Source: Camelus ferus
Taxonomy: Eukaryota
Direction of reading: 5' to 3'
NCBI RefSeq assembly: GCF_009834535.1
Contig: NC_045696.1
Span: 89,468,001-89,528,000 of the forward strand
DNA: 60,000 nt
The position numbers and the translations under genes are program-made. Positions 1 to 13,257 of this stretch are shown in pieces. Each line of letters opens with the position of its first letter. Position 1 is the stretch's first letter. The notes under the pieces are model-generated. The model did no database searches and was not told where the DNA came from. It was given only the letters and a program-made list of their open reading frames with translations.

Positions 1-4
1 TTAG

Positions 5-310
5 TATTTTTACATAAATTCCTGCCCACATGTCTGATTATCTCCTCAGGATAAGTTCCTGGAAGTGGAATTACCAGATCAGCTGAGTGTGAACGTTTGT
101 TGAGGCTCTTGACGCATTCTGTCACATTGCTGGAGAGAAAATCTGTTCCAATTTACATGCCCACCAGCAACATAAAAGGGTGCAGCTCCCACTATATCCT
201 GGCTCACAGTGAGTATTTCCAGGTTAAAAAAAGAGTGCTATTGGTTTTAATATGATCAGCCCAAAGTGCTATTCTTTTTATTTTAATTTCTTTGCGTACC
301 AGTGAGATTA
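5..310 (-). mobile_element. Old L1 (L1M-type) fragment
   Basis: Antisense L1 motifs ggataagttcctggaagtggaatt and ccaatttacatgcccaccagca. Confidence 0.7.
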
Positions 311-1129
311 AATATTTCATTTTTTTCAGTTTATGTACTTGCTTTTCTCTAAGCTTTGCTTATTATTCTGTAAAGGTGTGATAGTTTTGAAAATTTTATA
401 TTAAGCATCTGATTAGTTCTTTTGAATTTTAAATCTAAGTGTTATTATATAGTTAAGTCAGTGCTTCCTCTGAAGTGTCTGCTGGCTCTGTGCTTGGAAA
501 GCCCTTCCCAGTCCAGAGGTAAAGCATCTCACTTGATGTGGGTGGGACCAAATGAGGACACTTATGTCAATGGCTTAGTAGCAGTACCCGGGCCACGGTG
601 ATGTAAATCTGCGATAGATGGTAATTGTCACGATTAATCCCCCCACATTCCTGCTCTGGAGATGAAGGCGAAGGAGGGTGAAGGAAGGTCACCCCACTGT
701 TAGAGGAGCTAGGAGTCAAGTCCATCTTTTTGGTGCTAGATCTTCCTGCCCCTCTTCCACACGACTCCTCCACATCGCTGAGTAAGGTGTCCGGGCTGGT
801 AATAGCAGACATCACATTGGAGGTAAGATATGGGACTTAGTGACGGATCTATTTCTTTCCTGAGATGGATGTGATGCTTTCTCAGAAAAGGAGAAACACT
901 TAACTGCACAACATACACACCACAGGCCTAATTATAACCACAAATATTTACAGCACAAACACCTTCTCTTCAGAGCCACGCTACTTGACCCCAGTGCTCA
1001 ATCTTCCTTTTGAAACAAATGTGATTCCTAACACTTCAAGTAACTGTGATTCAACTGACTAGTAAAACAGTTTACGTCTTAAAATTCAACAACTGGAACC
1101 TGATTTCCTTCCAGTTGCCCACACGTATA

Positions 1130-1131
<2 letters not shown>

Positions 1132-1170
<39 letters not shown>
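1132..1170. repeat. (TG)n microsatellite
   Basis: Perfect TG run of about 19 units. Confidence 0.98.
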
Positions 1171-1171
<1 letters not shown>

Positions 1172-2594
1172 TTTCAAAGTTCTTCTGTCCTCTAAGGAAT
1201 TACACTTGCAGGGCAATTATGGCCTCCAATCCCCCAAAGCCCAAAGCTGCCCCAGGGTGAGAACCAGGGAAGGAAAAGGGCTGACTCAAAACTACACTGT
1301 TCGACTGTGTTTACGGTGAACACAGCCACTTCCATTCCGAAAACAGCCTTGGGAAATACTGTCATAAAGCAAAAATAAAACATCCAGTATGGATATTGCT
1401 AGCAACAAGCACGAGGGCACCTGGGGAAGAGCGGCCCATCACTGAGACAGAAAGGCTAGCGAGACTATTATCAGAAGTCACGTGCGCTCACAAGCCCATT
1501 GCCCAGCCACAGGCAGTGTTTGTCCTGGCCTGTGGTTGAATTCCCTGCTGCCACGCCTTGTGCCTGGGCAGGTAAGGCTCACAGTGCCTTTCGAGGGCGC
1601 CCTGAGAGCCATGATCTCTGAACACAGACCGCGGAGCACTTCCCGACCCCGAACGCTGCCCACCAGCCTTTCCCACCGCGCCACTGTTCTGCCGCAATTG
1701 CCCAAACTTGACAAGAACCAAGAAGGGTGTGTGGTAAAAGAAACAAAAAAGCCAACGTTCTGCTTTGGTAGATAGCATTCGTCTCTGAATCTGGTATGTC
1801 CCCAGGTCTTTTCCCTACTACCTTTGGGATGTGGTGTGTCCCTGTCCCTTAGACACCGGTTACCACTCCTGAGCCCCTCCTCCCGTCCTGCCTTCGTCCC
1901 TCTGGCCCAGTTCATCTTGCTCGCAGCATCCTGGTGTCTCTGGTCTCTGCAGCAGGGCCACCTCATCTTTCACACGCTAGTCTTATACATTTATAAGCAG
2001 AAGATTGGGTATCTTCTGCATTGCTAAAATTTAATCGACAAACTATTCATGGGGGCAGCTGCGGGGCGTTAGGGTTCTCAGCACACTTTGGGAAATCTCA
2101 TCGGGAGCCTAAATCTAAAGCCAGCTGGTGCTCAGGACACTGCAAACAGCTGCTTCCTTCTGACTCCTGCACAGATGCTCATCCCTGCACGGACAGGAAA
2201 GGGCCTGTCTGACCAAGACGAAGGGGTTCCTTCAACTCCCAAAGGAGGAAGATATTGAAGGAAGCTTGGCTGAGGGACTCAGGGGGCCCAGCAAATGTGA
2301 GTGGCACAGTGGTGCTGTGGGGATAAAGGCAGGTGTCAGCTTGGGTGCAGCAGCGACCTGGGCCTGGACAGGGTTCAGTTGTGGGAAAGGGAAATGTCTC
2401 CCCCAGACTCCTGCCTTCCATCTCGTCCCCTCCTCCCCAGCGCCACTATTTCTTCCTTTCACCTGTTCTCCAAGGGAACTGCAATCGCCTGCTGTTATTG
2501 GATGTGTTTGATCTACGATGCTGTCTCAGGCCTCAATTCACTCCCAATCCTGGAAGACACCCCTGCCAGCAGCCTCCCTTCTGCCATGCTGAAG

Positions 2595-2690
2595 TTGTTA
2601 CCTCAGTCCGTGCTCACCCAGGGAATTTTGTTAAAATGCAGATTCTGATTCAGGGGCCGGGCCTGAGACCCTGCATTCCCAACAAGCCGC
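2595..2690. mobile_element. MER5-like hAT-Charlie fragment
   Basis: ttgttaaaatgcagattctgattcag...ctgcattcccaacaagc motif. Confidence 0.65.
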
Positions 2691-3064
2691 AGGAGTTGTG
2701 AGGGGTGAGCTGTCTCACACCTGGTCCTCTCTCCCTCTCTTGAAGAAGCCTCTGGAGCTTGAACGTTCTTTCCCCATCTTCTACCTGGGTGTCACACACA
2801 GGCCTTAGGAAATGCGTTAGAGCAGTGATGTAAGCATTTTCCACCAATGGGAAAAAGGAAAGCAATGTGCCACTGAGGAAGAACTTCCTACGGGATGGGG
2901 GCTGCACCATCCCAGGAGCTGAGGAGTAATACTCTGGTCCCCCAGGCCCAGGAAGGAACTTCGGGTGTAGGGAGGTCGCTGTGGCCCCGCCGTGCCAAGT
3001 GGAGAACTGCATAGGTGGCTGCACGCACAGCATGGCCCTGTCTCTCGTCACAAATTTCTTTCAA

Positions 3065-3222
3065 CCGGTAGTGCTCACACTTGATTATGCATGAGAATCC
3101 CCCGGACGGCTTGCAGAACCATAGAGTATGTTTCTGATTCAGAAGTTCTGGGGCGGGGCCGAGAAAGCGCATTTCTAACCAGTCCCCAGACAATGCTGGT
3201 TCAAGCACTTTGAGAACCATGG
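3065..3222. mobile_element. MER5A-like hAT-Charlie element
   Basis: Ends gtagtgctcacactt / actttgagaaccatg; internal gtttctgattcag and gcatttctaac motifs. Confidence 0.75.
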
Positions 3223-4989
3223 CTTTAAACATCTGAACAGATCAAGGGAACTGGATGAAACACAGAGGTGGTTCTTTAATTGAACACAGATCTGTTGCAT
3301 ACGGAATGACCAGACTCTGCATCCAGGTGCTTCTCATTTGTAGCCGCCTGGCCTCTGCCAAGGCCTTGCCAGGATGCCTGTTTTGAAGCAATTACTGATC
3401 CCCTGGCTTCGGTGCAATCTATTGTCCGGTGATATCTGGCATCATGGCCATTAGCTGCATCCACCAGGGAATGTGACTGGGATGCTGGAGCTCCCTGTGG
3501 AAAAGATCTCTTCCTTTAGGAGAATGGTAGACACTCTTATTTCTTTCCTCGGCTTAAGAAAGACATCTTTACTCCAACATTTATAGGCAGCATTCCAGTG
3601 TGGAGGAGTTGAGGCTTTTAAACACGAGGAACTGGAAGGACAGAACTTATTTGCTAATTAGGTCAATTTTATTAATTTTCTTTAAAACAACAACAACAAA
3701 AAAATAAAAAAGAAAACCCAAAATATACTGGTGGTACTTCCTAATTATTTTCTCAATGAGACAACCAGGGGTTTGTCACAAGAGCAAAATATGAAAACGG
3801 AATCCTGTAAGAATATAGATTGCATGCTTTTGAATGTCAGGGGAAGAAATCCTTGCTCTGTGCAGGTTATTTCAAGTTCTTGCATCTTATTTCATCCCCT
3901 GGGAGGAGCTTTTCAATTATCAGTGGAAATAATAAGCTAAATAACCTAGTATCTTTCCATGGTATCACCGAATGGATATTGTCTGTTTTTAGATTGTCTG
4001 TTTTTAGTTTGTCTTTCTGGTATTTTCCACTTCAGATACTTACACTCAACAGTCCAGAAGGGTTTCCAGAAATGCGGTTGAAATCTCTTATCACTGCATC
4101 CTTGTACCCATCTGCCTAAACAAGTCCTCTGGACTAGGGGTCAGGCTGGGCTGTCGGGCAATGTTGAGGCCTGGGTTCGGCGTGCTCAGCATCAGTCCTC
4201 CTGGGGGAGCTGGCCTTGGATACCTAAAGGCCAGGACCGGCATCCAAGGAGGGTCCTCTGACAGCTGTTTTACTTAAGAATCCACCAACATCAAGAATAT
4301 TGGCATGCCAGGCCAGAGGATGGAGATGCCTGTTTACAATTAGTTAACCCCGAGGATGGTTTTGCCTGTTGACTGCATTCCTTGTCCTCGAGCTACAGAG
4401 AGAGGACATAAATAAACACAGGCAGATGGAAGTGCCGTCACGCAGACTCCCTAAGACTTGAGTTTCTAACTGCTAAGGACCGGAGCAAAGGTATTTAACA
4501 AACAGCTGGGACTGAAGTCCATTAGCCACTTCCTGGCTGAATGGGAAACGTGGTGGAGGTAAAGGAGCCCAAGGTGCAATCCACAAAGACGACCACAAAA
4601 ACGTGGTGGGAGTGCTTCAACATTAAATCCCAAAGGGATCCATGTGAAAACTCGAGTTTTCTCCCCTCTGAGCAGCATATCCAAAATGTGAACTGCTGGG
4701 CGCACCCTGAGCTCTTTCAGGTTCTCAGCTGACTGCCTCCAGAGACTTTAACACAGAACAGTGTTATCTGGGGACTATTTTTAACAGGTGCCACTTTACA
4801 AATCTGTAAAGCCATCTCGTCATTCCGTATCACTGTCAGAACACAACCATCCAAAACACCCTCTACATGGTTATGAAACAGCCAAACAGCAATCAACTGC
4901 CAGGAAGCTGGTATCCTCCATCTCCCACGTCAGGGTGGACTGAGGATCTAGGAGAGCCGGACATAGACAGGTGTGTGACCAGAACAGAG

Positions 4990-5190
4990 AGCAGGGCATT
5001 CAGGGTCAAGAAGACTGAAATTAGCATCTTGACTCGGACACTTAGTGCGAGTTACAGAAACGCTTCAAGCCCCAGTTTCTTTTTCTGAAAAAAGAGATAA
5101 AGGTACCTATTTTTTAGGTTAGTTTAAGGATTAAATAAAATACTATACAGAAAGTGCTTGGCACAGAGAGAAACTCATTAAATAGTAGCT
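4990..5190 (+). mobile_element. MIR SINE
   Basis: cagtttctttttctgaaaa...taaggattaaataa...aaagtgcttggcacag core. Confidence 0.65.
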
Positions 5191-5254
5191 GTTGCTAATA
5201 TTAAAGGGAGGGTGGGGTCAGCTGCTGAGAAGAGTGGAGAAAGAGATAAAAGAG

Positions 5255-5500
5255 AGGCAGAAATGTCCAGAACAGGCAAATCCATAAAGACAGACAGCAG
5301 ATTAATGGTTGTGGAGGGAGGTGGGAATGGGGAGCAATTGCTAATGGCTGCAGGGTTTTTCTTGTGGTGGGGCTGATGAAAATGTTCTGGAATTAGATAG
5401 TCATGGTTTTTACAACCATATCAATATACTAAAATCCATCAAAGGGTACACTGAAATGGTGAATCTCATGGTACGTGAATTATATCTCAAATAAAAAAAT
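5255..5500 (+). mobile_element. L1MB-type 3' end
   Basis: aaatgtccagaacaggcaaatccata...gatgaaaatgttctggaattagatagt...tatctcaaataaaaaaa. Confidence 0.8.
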
Positions 5501-7129
5501 AAACCGCACCCTCCTCCCAAAATGTGTGTGGGGGGCTTATTTTTTAAATTGAGATATACTTCACATACCACATAGCCGGAAAATCTAGTTATTCGGAAGA
5601 AACCACTCCCTGACCATGCTGGCTCACCAAGATGTACCGATCTGGCTGTATGATGCAAGGGAGCTCAAACCAGGAGCCAAGAGGCTTCATATTTACAAAA
5701 CCTAAAACCAACCCAGCCAACTCCTCCCCGGAAAGAAAAGGAAGACTCTGGCCCAGAAAGTGGAAGAGAGTGTCCCCAGGGGGCTGAGGTGGGGCTGGGC
5801 GCCAGGGCTCAGTAACTTAACAGAGTTCTTCAGGCGTGTTCAGCCCTTACAGACAGGAGGACGCGAGGGTTAATGGAGGTCGGCGGCTGCTTTTCCTCCG
5901 TAATTGTGTGGGGAGGGCAGAGCGCTTGTCTGGAACGGCAGCTGGCATTCTGGGTTCCTGTTTATGGCAGTTTATCCCAAGCAGTCATTTCCATTCACCT
6001 TTTTAAAAAAACATGAGGCGCAGCTGGGGCTTCACTTTAAATATTGTTCCTTCCAGCCTTTTAATTTTTTCACAGGCTCCTCCCTAATCTTTCACCATAA
6101 TTGGATGCACCGCACTAGAGACAGCACCTCAGAGAGACAAAGCCAAGAAGAGCCGGCTTTCCCAACCTCCGACCACACATGCCCTGCCCAAGGCTCCTTC
6201 TGCTGGGGAGAGAGGGCAAGGCTGGTTTCCCTGTGTTTGCCTTGCTCTGGGATGGAGTGGGAGCCAGCCTTCTGCTGTATTTCATGTGGAGTTTTCTTGA
6301 TTTCCTTCCTCTCTCTCCACTGGTATAATTGGGATCTTTCCCCAGCCCTGAGATGGCCCAGGCTGCGTGTTTTCTAGGTCCATGCTGACTGTCTCATCGC
6401 TCTTCTAGGCAGGATCAATTCCAAGGCAGCTTGCTTGTTTTTGTGCCTCCCCACGTGGGCTGTAAGCTCACTGAGGGAAAGCCCAGCCTCTCTTCTGGGA
6501 TCCTGGCCCCTGAACACAATGCCAGGGACACAGGAGGGGTCTTGGCGATGATGGCTGAAGGATGGTGACCGGCAGGCTCTGTGCCTCCGTGTCCTGAAGA
6601 CAATGGGCTGTGTGACCAGAGGGTCAGAGGTTGCTCAGAGCAAGGCAAGGCTGTAACAGGCCGAACAGTCACACCTCAGACTCTGCCAAGGTGCAGACTT
6701 TCTGTCTTAGATACTAAGATGTGTTTTCTGTTGAGTTCAGTTTTACTACTATTACTGAATAACCAGAGATCCTCAATGAAACATCTTTCTTACCATCAGG
6801 ACCTTCCCCAAGGAAACAGAACAGATACGTACTCTTTTCCTTCCTTTGCCTGGGTGGAATCTAATTCTAGTTATTGTAAAGTGACCTTTCCCCTGAAGGC
6901 TGTTTGTCTGACTTTAAAACGATCTTGTAAAATAATCCCTAATGCATGTGACATTTATGAGTGCAACTGGTATAGGAAATTCCATTGTACCCAGGCAGGG
7001 ATATATCAATTTTCCAACTGTTTTGGATAATTGACCTCAAAGTGACAGAATGGGAAAGAAGAAATTATTAAAACTTTTATTTTTATTTATATTTTAAACA
7101 TCTTATTCTAAAAAATATCTATTTGTATG

Positions 7130-7463
7130 CAGTCAGCCCACAATATCTGTGGGTTCCACATCTGCAGATTCAACCAACCACAGACTGAAAGTGTTTGGAA
7201 AAAAATTCCAGGAAGTAAAACATGAATTTACCATCCATCCAGCAACTATCTACATAGCATTTACATTGTTTTTCACAATTATTTACATAGCATTTACACT
7301 GTAGCAGGTATTATAAGTAATCTAAAGATTATTTAAAATATACTGGAGGATGTGTGTGGATTATGTGCAAACACCACATCATTTTATATAAGAGACTTGA
7401 ACATCATGGGATTTTGGTATCTGTGGGGGTCCTGGATCCCCTGTGGACACCAAGAGATGACTG
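7130..7463 (-). mobile_element. MER2 (TcMar-Tigger) non-autonomous DNA transposon
   Basis: Terminal inverted repeats CAGTC...GACTG with a TA on the right flank; internal gattcaaccaacc and ggattttggtatc motifs. Confidence 0.8.
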
Positions 7464-7598
7464 TATATGTTTTATACATACATATTTTTATAGTGGTATA
7501 TATGTGTAATTTATGAATAAAATATATGTATGTTAGAGGCATGGGCTCAAAAACATTTTATTGATGGATAAGAGATCAAAAAAGCGTGCAGACCACTG
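7464..7598. mobile_element. hAT-Charlie-like terminal fragment
   Basis: Ends in gatcaaaaaagcgtgcagaccactg, a Charlie-type terminus. Confidence 0.5.
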
Positions 7599-10500
7599 CT
7601 TTATGGCATCTAATTTAATTTTCTACTTAGTCAAGCAAACAGCAAAAACATTAGAGGAAAAAACCAACTTAGAAAAGGAAGATGCTAATTAGGAAAAGTA
7701 ATTTTTATATTAGGTCATTGTTTTCCTATTCTTTGTATTTTGAAGAAAATATATGAGGCCTTGTTTTACTAGAAGTTCTTACTGAAATGGTCAACAGTGC
7801 TTTTTTTTTTTTTAGCAAAATGGAGCCTGTTATGCATGATATGCATATATTTGAAAGCACATTGCCTGAGAAAGGCAGTTAGAAAGCTGAAATGACAAGA
7901 GAACAGCTTCCATGTTGAGGGTCCAGAACAATGCAGACTGGTGTCCGGGCATCCTACACATCTAGAAGTCTCATCCAGTGGTCTTCTGTACTAACCTGGC
8001 AGACAGCACTTCTCCCGAAGCCACACGTGGCCTCCCCCACCTTAGTGGGATAGAGGGCTGCACAGCGCAGCTCTGTGCTGTTGTTGTTGATGTTTTAAAG
8101 CTACTTGAGCCTTAACATGTTTGTCCCTTTAGTCAGCGCCGTATCAGGTTGCCAGCGTATCATCGCTCAGTCATTCCAGGCATCTGGGCTCCCTGTTTCT
8201 AAGTAGGATAAAACTATAGTGGGCATTACTTTATTGTCATTGCATTAGCAACGGCATGGCTTTCACTTTTCCTAAGTGCCAACTGACCTACACTTTCCTC
8301 TCTGAGAAACGCTGTGACAAGGAAAACCGTGACCAGCCTTGGGCACTGAAGAAAGAGGCGGGATGAGAACCGTGCACTTGTTCTACTGGGCGGGGTAAGT
8401 GACGGACTCTGATTACTGAGGGTCCCAAGTATCTTTTGTACACACACTTCCAGCAGGAGGGGACATCGGAGAGGTGTTAGGATTTCAGGACTCTGAGCAC
8501 TAATCCCCTTGGGCCCTCACTTCCTTCTCAGGGATCACAAGGGACAAAAAGCATGCAGAGCAACGTGGCAGGTCACTCAAACCATATTTAAATGTCAGCT
8601 TCTGGAGAAAGAACAAAAACTATTGCAAATTGCTCTAAGAAAGTATATACTTAAAACAGCCCCCATACTCACACATAATTATGGCTATAAGATCTAAACT
8701 GCCATATTTTACATTATTATTCTTAAAGCGCTATCAAAATAGAAGTTTCCATCTCAATCTAGGGGGAAAAAAGTTAGTGACATATTTGATCAAATTAAAA
8801 TTTTAGGAGCAGGTTTTACTGTTTTAGGATATTGGCCTCTGAGAGAAAAGAGGTCTTTCTTTCCAGTCCATGATGGAAGGGCCCTAATTCTTCATACTGT
8901 GCTGTGTTGTGACCCACACTTGACTTATGGAAAATAATAAGGTGGGTGGACGTAGTGTTTAGCCTTCTGTGGACAGACAAGCATATACTCGTAGTTTAAT
9001 CTCACGACCTCACCCATGTAACTAAAGTTATTTTTTCTTGGGCCTGTTATTACCAGACAATGACCATATAAAACATACCAAAAATATATTTACTGACTTT
9101 CCCAAATAAAAAGGCAAGCAAAGAATTAGCAGACATGGTAACAATTTTTTTAAAATTCCACACTTCTCTTAGTAAAACTTTGTATTTTTCATAAGGTCAA
9201 ACTTAGATAGATTACACATGCTAGTAATTGTTTCTTGCAGGTAAGCTGTCAACATGTCAATAATTTTAAAACTATTCCTTTACATAAAAAGCCTGCTTAC
9301 AAACTACTGCATCACAGATTTTTTTTTTCAACTTCAGAATAACAGCATGTGTCTTCCAGTTACTGCTATAATATATTAATGAATACAAGCTGGGGAAAGT
9401 AGAAAGAACTGTCCCAGCTCAATGCATTTGATTCTGTGCATTCAGCTTTCCTGAATATATTACGGCAATGGCCACTGAGTGTGGAATTTGGCCACTCCTC
9501 AAGGGTGATCTTTCTCCCCGTTAGAAAAATGGTCCGATTGTTTACAAACAAAAGAGCTCTCTCCCCTTACCTTTTTATAATTCCCCTCCATATCCAATGG
9601 GGATTCTTGACTGATGATGTCATCCATTCCATCACTGTCCAAATTCATCCTTTAACTCTTTAGAATTTCACTTAAGAAATAACCTCCCATGAATCCTGAT
9701 AGGCTGAAGTTGTCCAGAACCCTGGTGGCCGCTCATGCTGCCATGGAGAGCCAGCTAAGAGTCTGTGTCTGGCCGTGCGGTGACCTTGGCCCCCTCTGTC
9801 CCAGAGACACCGCCCCGCCTGGCCTCCCCGTCTGTCCTGTGCTCTGGCACAGGGGCGGCTGCTGTTCTCTGAGGCTCCCTCTGCTCTGACACTCGGCTGG
9901 TGGAGAGTCCAGCCTTCCCACGTCTGCTGTCACCTTTGATCTCGTCTAGATTCCTCTCCCCAAGTTCCTCTCCCCAGTACCTTTCCGACCCCCAATCAAG
10001 AAAAAGCTGATTCAACTTCCCAACTCCCCCGTCCAGGGCTGAGTGTGGACAGGAGTTCTGCGAGGAATCCAGCAACCTTATTCTGAACCAGGGTAGAGTG
10101 TATGGGATAAAAATAGATGCAAAAGCCCAGCCTCACAGACTTCACTGGTGAGTTAAAAGCCGGGTGTATCCCATGACAAAACTAAACAGTATAATTTAAA
10201 AGCTAACCTGTAAGACAGATGCTTGCTTTGCCCACCCCACCCGCCTGCCTTTTCCCATAACCAATCATTTCTTAAAATCAGATGTAAGAGTCTCATCTTC
10301 AGGGAAAAACCCTAGAACAAGAATGAAATTTATTTCCAACACAGAGAAGGACCCACTGCCCCAGGATCGGCACTTTGTTCTATTAATATAGGCGAGAGAA
10401 AAAGATCCATCAACTTTTCTTTAAAATTCCGCCAGTGGCGGGCTTTTTCACAAAAGAGGACGTTCCTTTCTGCTGCTCTGTCTACGCTTTTCCCATGGCT

Positions 10501-10835
10501 TTGGGTTTTGTTTACTGGCTTTACATACAGAGGAGGAAAAGGCCCACAGCTGGAGGATGTTTTGATGCAAGAAGCAGACAAACAGAAGTCCACACGCAAA
10601 CGCACACTCCTCGTTAGGGAACTACTGTGGCTGTGAACTCTATATCCAGTACTTTTTTTTTTTTGAAAGTCACTGTTTGCAGGAGAAATGGGCCAAAGAA
10701 GAACTGAAAGGCCAAGGCCCCATTTAGCAGCACAATCTTATGCTCTGACACGCTCAGATAGAAAGCAGCGAATGTACCAGTCGACAGGCTTCCCAATGTG
10801 ATTTCTTCACCAACCTCAACACTGTTAAGAGTTTT

Positions 10836-11066
10836 TTTCTTTTTAGTTGTTTTTATTGATGTGTAGTTGATTTACAGTGTTAGTTTCAGGCGTACAGCAA
10901 AGCGATTCAGTTATACATGTACATACAGATATGTATATACCTTTCAGATTCTTTTCCATTACATATTATTACAAGAAATCGAATATAGTTCCCCGTGCTG
11001 TACAGTAGGTCCTTGTTTGTCTATATTATATATAGTAATGTGTATCTGTTAATCCTCAACTCCTAC
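10836..11066 (-). mobile_element. Artiodactyl-type L1 3' end
   Basis: T-rich tail followed by gtagttgatttacagtgttagtttcagg...gaatatagttccccgtgctgtacagtaggtcc. Confidence 0.85.
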
Positions 11067-11594
11067 TGTATCATAAATTGGCATCTGAACCTCTGCTGAC
11101 ATGGTCACATTCAGCTGTCTGCTACTTCTCTCCACAAATTAAGAAAAAAAATCAATTTGTAGAAGACTTGTGGCATAACTGGGTCTCAATGTAGTTCACG
11201 GCAGCTGTACATCAATAAAGCAAATGCCTTCTTCTGCAGCCCCTGACCCAGATCCAAGGCCTCCCTTCACCCCACCGCCGTCTCCCTGCCTCAGACACCC
11301 TGAGGGAATGACCTGCACTTCTGTCAGACAATATGATGACAAGTTGCATCTCCTGAGCCACACTTGCCTTCATGCAAAGCTTCTCCCTAGCAGAGATCTC
11401 CCTTGTCTTACTCTCAGCCAGACCCCAGGACCCTCACTCTGGATGAGGGTCCCACCATCTGCACGTATGAAGCCCAGTACACCGTGGCCTGTAAGGCCGT
11501 GCTGGCCACCAAGTGCTCCCCCAGGGTGGGTGTTCCCTACACTGAAGAATTCTCCAAAGCTAAGGTTTTGTGGTTAAAATAAAGGATGCTCTGC

Positions 11595-11810
11595 TTTGAA
11601 GGCACTTTACACATGCCTCTTACATATGCCTTTGCCCCTCACAGAACCGCTCTGAGGTAGATATTATTATCAGTTGCATTTTATAGTGGAGTGAGAGCCC
11701 AGTGAGGATATCTACTCGCCACTGACGCAGTCGCTTGCTGATGGCCAGGCCAGAATTTGATCATGGGCCCTCTGCGTCTGTGGCCCACGTTCTCAACAGG
11801 CATGCTAGAC
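11595..11810 (-). mobile_element. MIR SINE
   Basis: ctctgaggtagatattattatc...cattttatag...ccagaatttga antisense MIR core. Confidence 0.6.
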
Positions 11811-13094
11811 CGCCTCCTACTGGCTGCCCCAGTAAGAAACAATTGTACCCAGCTAAATCATCAAGCATAGTTTTTAAAAATCAGGATTTAATACAGAGTG
11901 AATTCCGGCAGGTCTCATACAGCAATACCACATATGGATTTGACTTCCTAAATCACACACCTGGAACAGCAGTGTGTACCACCGCTATCCCCTGATGGTC
12001 AGATCTCAAGATAGGAAACAAAAGCTCCTTCACTGATGGTCATGACCTAGCACACTGCATAGTGAATTCTCCTTTCGAGTTTACCTTGTTGTTTTCAGAG
12101 CCACAATGGTTTCTTTCCAACACCGTTAGGGTTGCTAGCCTTTCTCAAAGGGGACAGAAATTTGTGTTTATTCAGCTCGTTTTCTCTACAGCATCTAGAC
12201 ACTGCCTTCTACATGTTAAGTGGACGATGAAGAGCTGTTGAATAAATATGTGAACAGAGGAGAAAGGTATGTGTTGCTTATAATCTTTCCTCGGAGTGCT
12301 GCCCCCAGAAGGAAACATGAATAGCTCATAAGAGTGCTTTTCAACCCAAATCTTCTCTGGAAACCACATACATTCAAAAGGTAAAAATGAGTCTGCTCGG
12401 GTTGAAGGAGGGGGCCTACCACGAATTTGAGGAATTTCACCCTCTTACCGGGGTTAGTATTCTACCTACAATCAACAGCTAACATGGATGCAATTATACA
12501 AATTTAGATATTATAAGACCTAGTAAAATACGTAAAACTATAATCCTAATTGCTGACATCTTTTGACTTTAGCAGGGTTGTCTGAAATAGACAGTTAAAA
12601 TTACTGAACTCTCACTATTAATTATGCATCTGCATACACATAATCCAGTTACTTGAAATACACTAATAATATATTGGCCACATACATACATCTATACATA
12701 TAAGCACATACATTAATAAGCTAGTACCCTTTGCAGAAGGGCATCTCAAAATCCGAGATAGAAATTTCTCAGCCATACAATAGCAACAAGGACTAGTACT
12801 AAGAAAGAAATAAAGACCACTCCCCCACTCTACCTTCTACAGCTTTTCTTGGCATAAGTGACTCCCTAATAAGTACTATACAGAGGCAAGCAGTAGAACA
12901 TCTCCTGAACCTTGGACCCCAGTGGTGGTGGATTCACTTTGCACCCTCCCTAAAGAAGTGCTTGGCACACAGGCTCACAGCACAGACCCTATCCAGAAGG
13001 CGCTGTACCACCACTATCTGGATGGTTTGTTCTGGCTTAAAATATCTGATATTTCCCTACCACGTGGACTGACCTTTGATGTCTTCTAGAGCTT

Positions 13095-13257
13095 TCCCTC
13101 TCAAAGTGTGTCCTCCGACCAGAGTATCCACATCACCCGGGAGCTTACTGGAAATGCAAACTCTCAGGTCCCACCCCAGACCGGCTGAATCAGAAAATGC
13201 ACTTTTAAAAGAACTCTAAGATTTTTGAGTGCACTTAAAATTTTAGGAGCACAGCTC
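13095..13257. mobile_element. MER5-like hAT-Charlie element
   Basis: ctcaaagtgtgtcc...gaaatgcaaactctcaggtcccaccccagacc...gaatcagaa. Confidence 0.75.

Noticed and set aside
567..918. Overlapping 82-aa and 60-aa minus-strand ORFs as possible SCHIP1 exons
   Set aside because: Neither resembles SCHIP1 protein sequence as I recall it, and there is no convincing acceptor/donor pair.
1478..1966. 162-aa ORF and overlapping ORFs in a mildly CpG-rich patch
   Set aside because: No recognisable domain; ORFs on both strands are expected in GC-rich sequence.
9225..9246. Recursive-splice-like motif tttcttgcag|gtaagc
   Set aside because: It lies on the plus strand, antisense to the host gene, so it cannot serve SCHIP1 intron removal.
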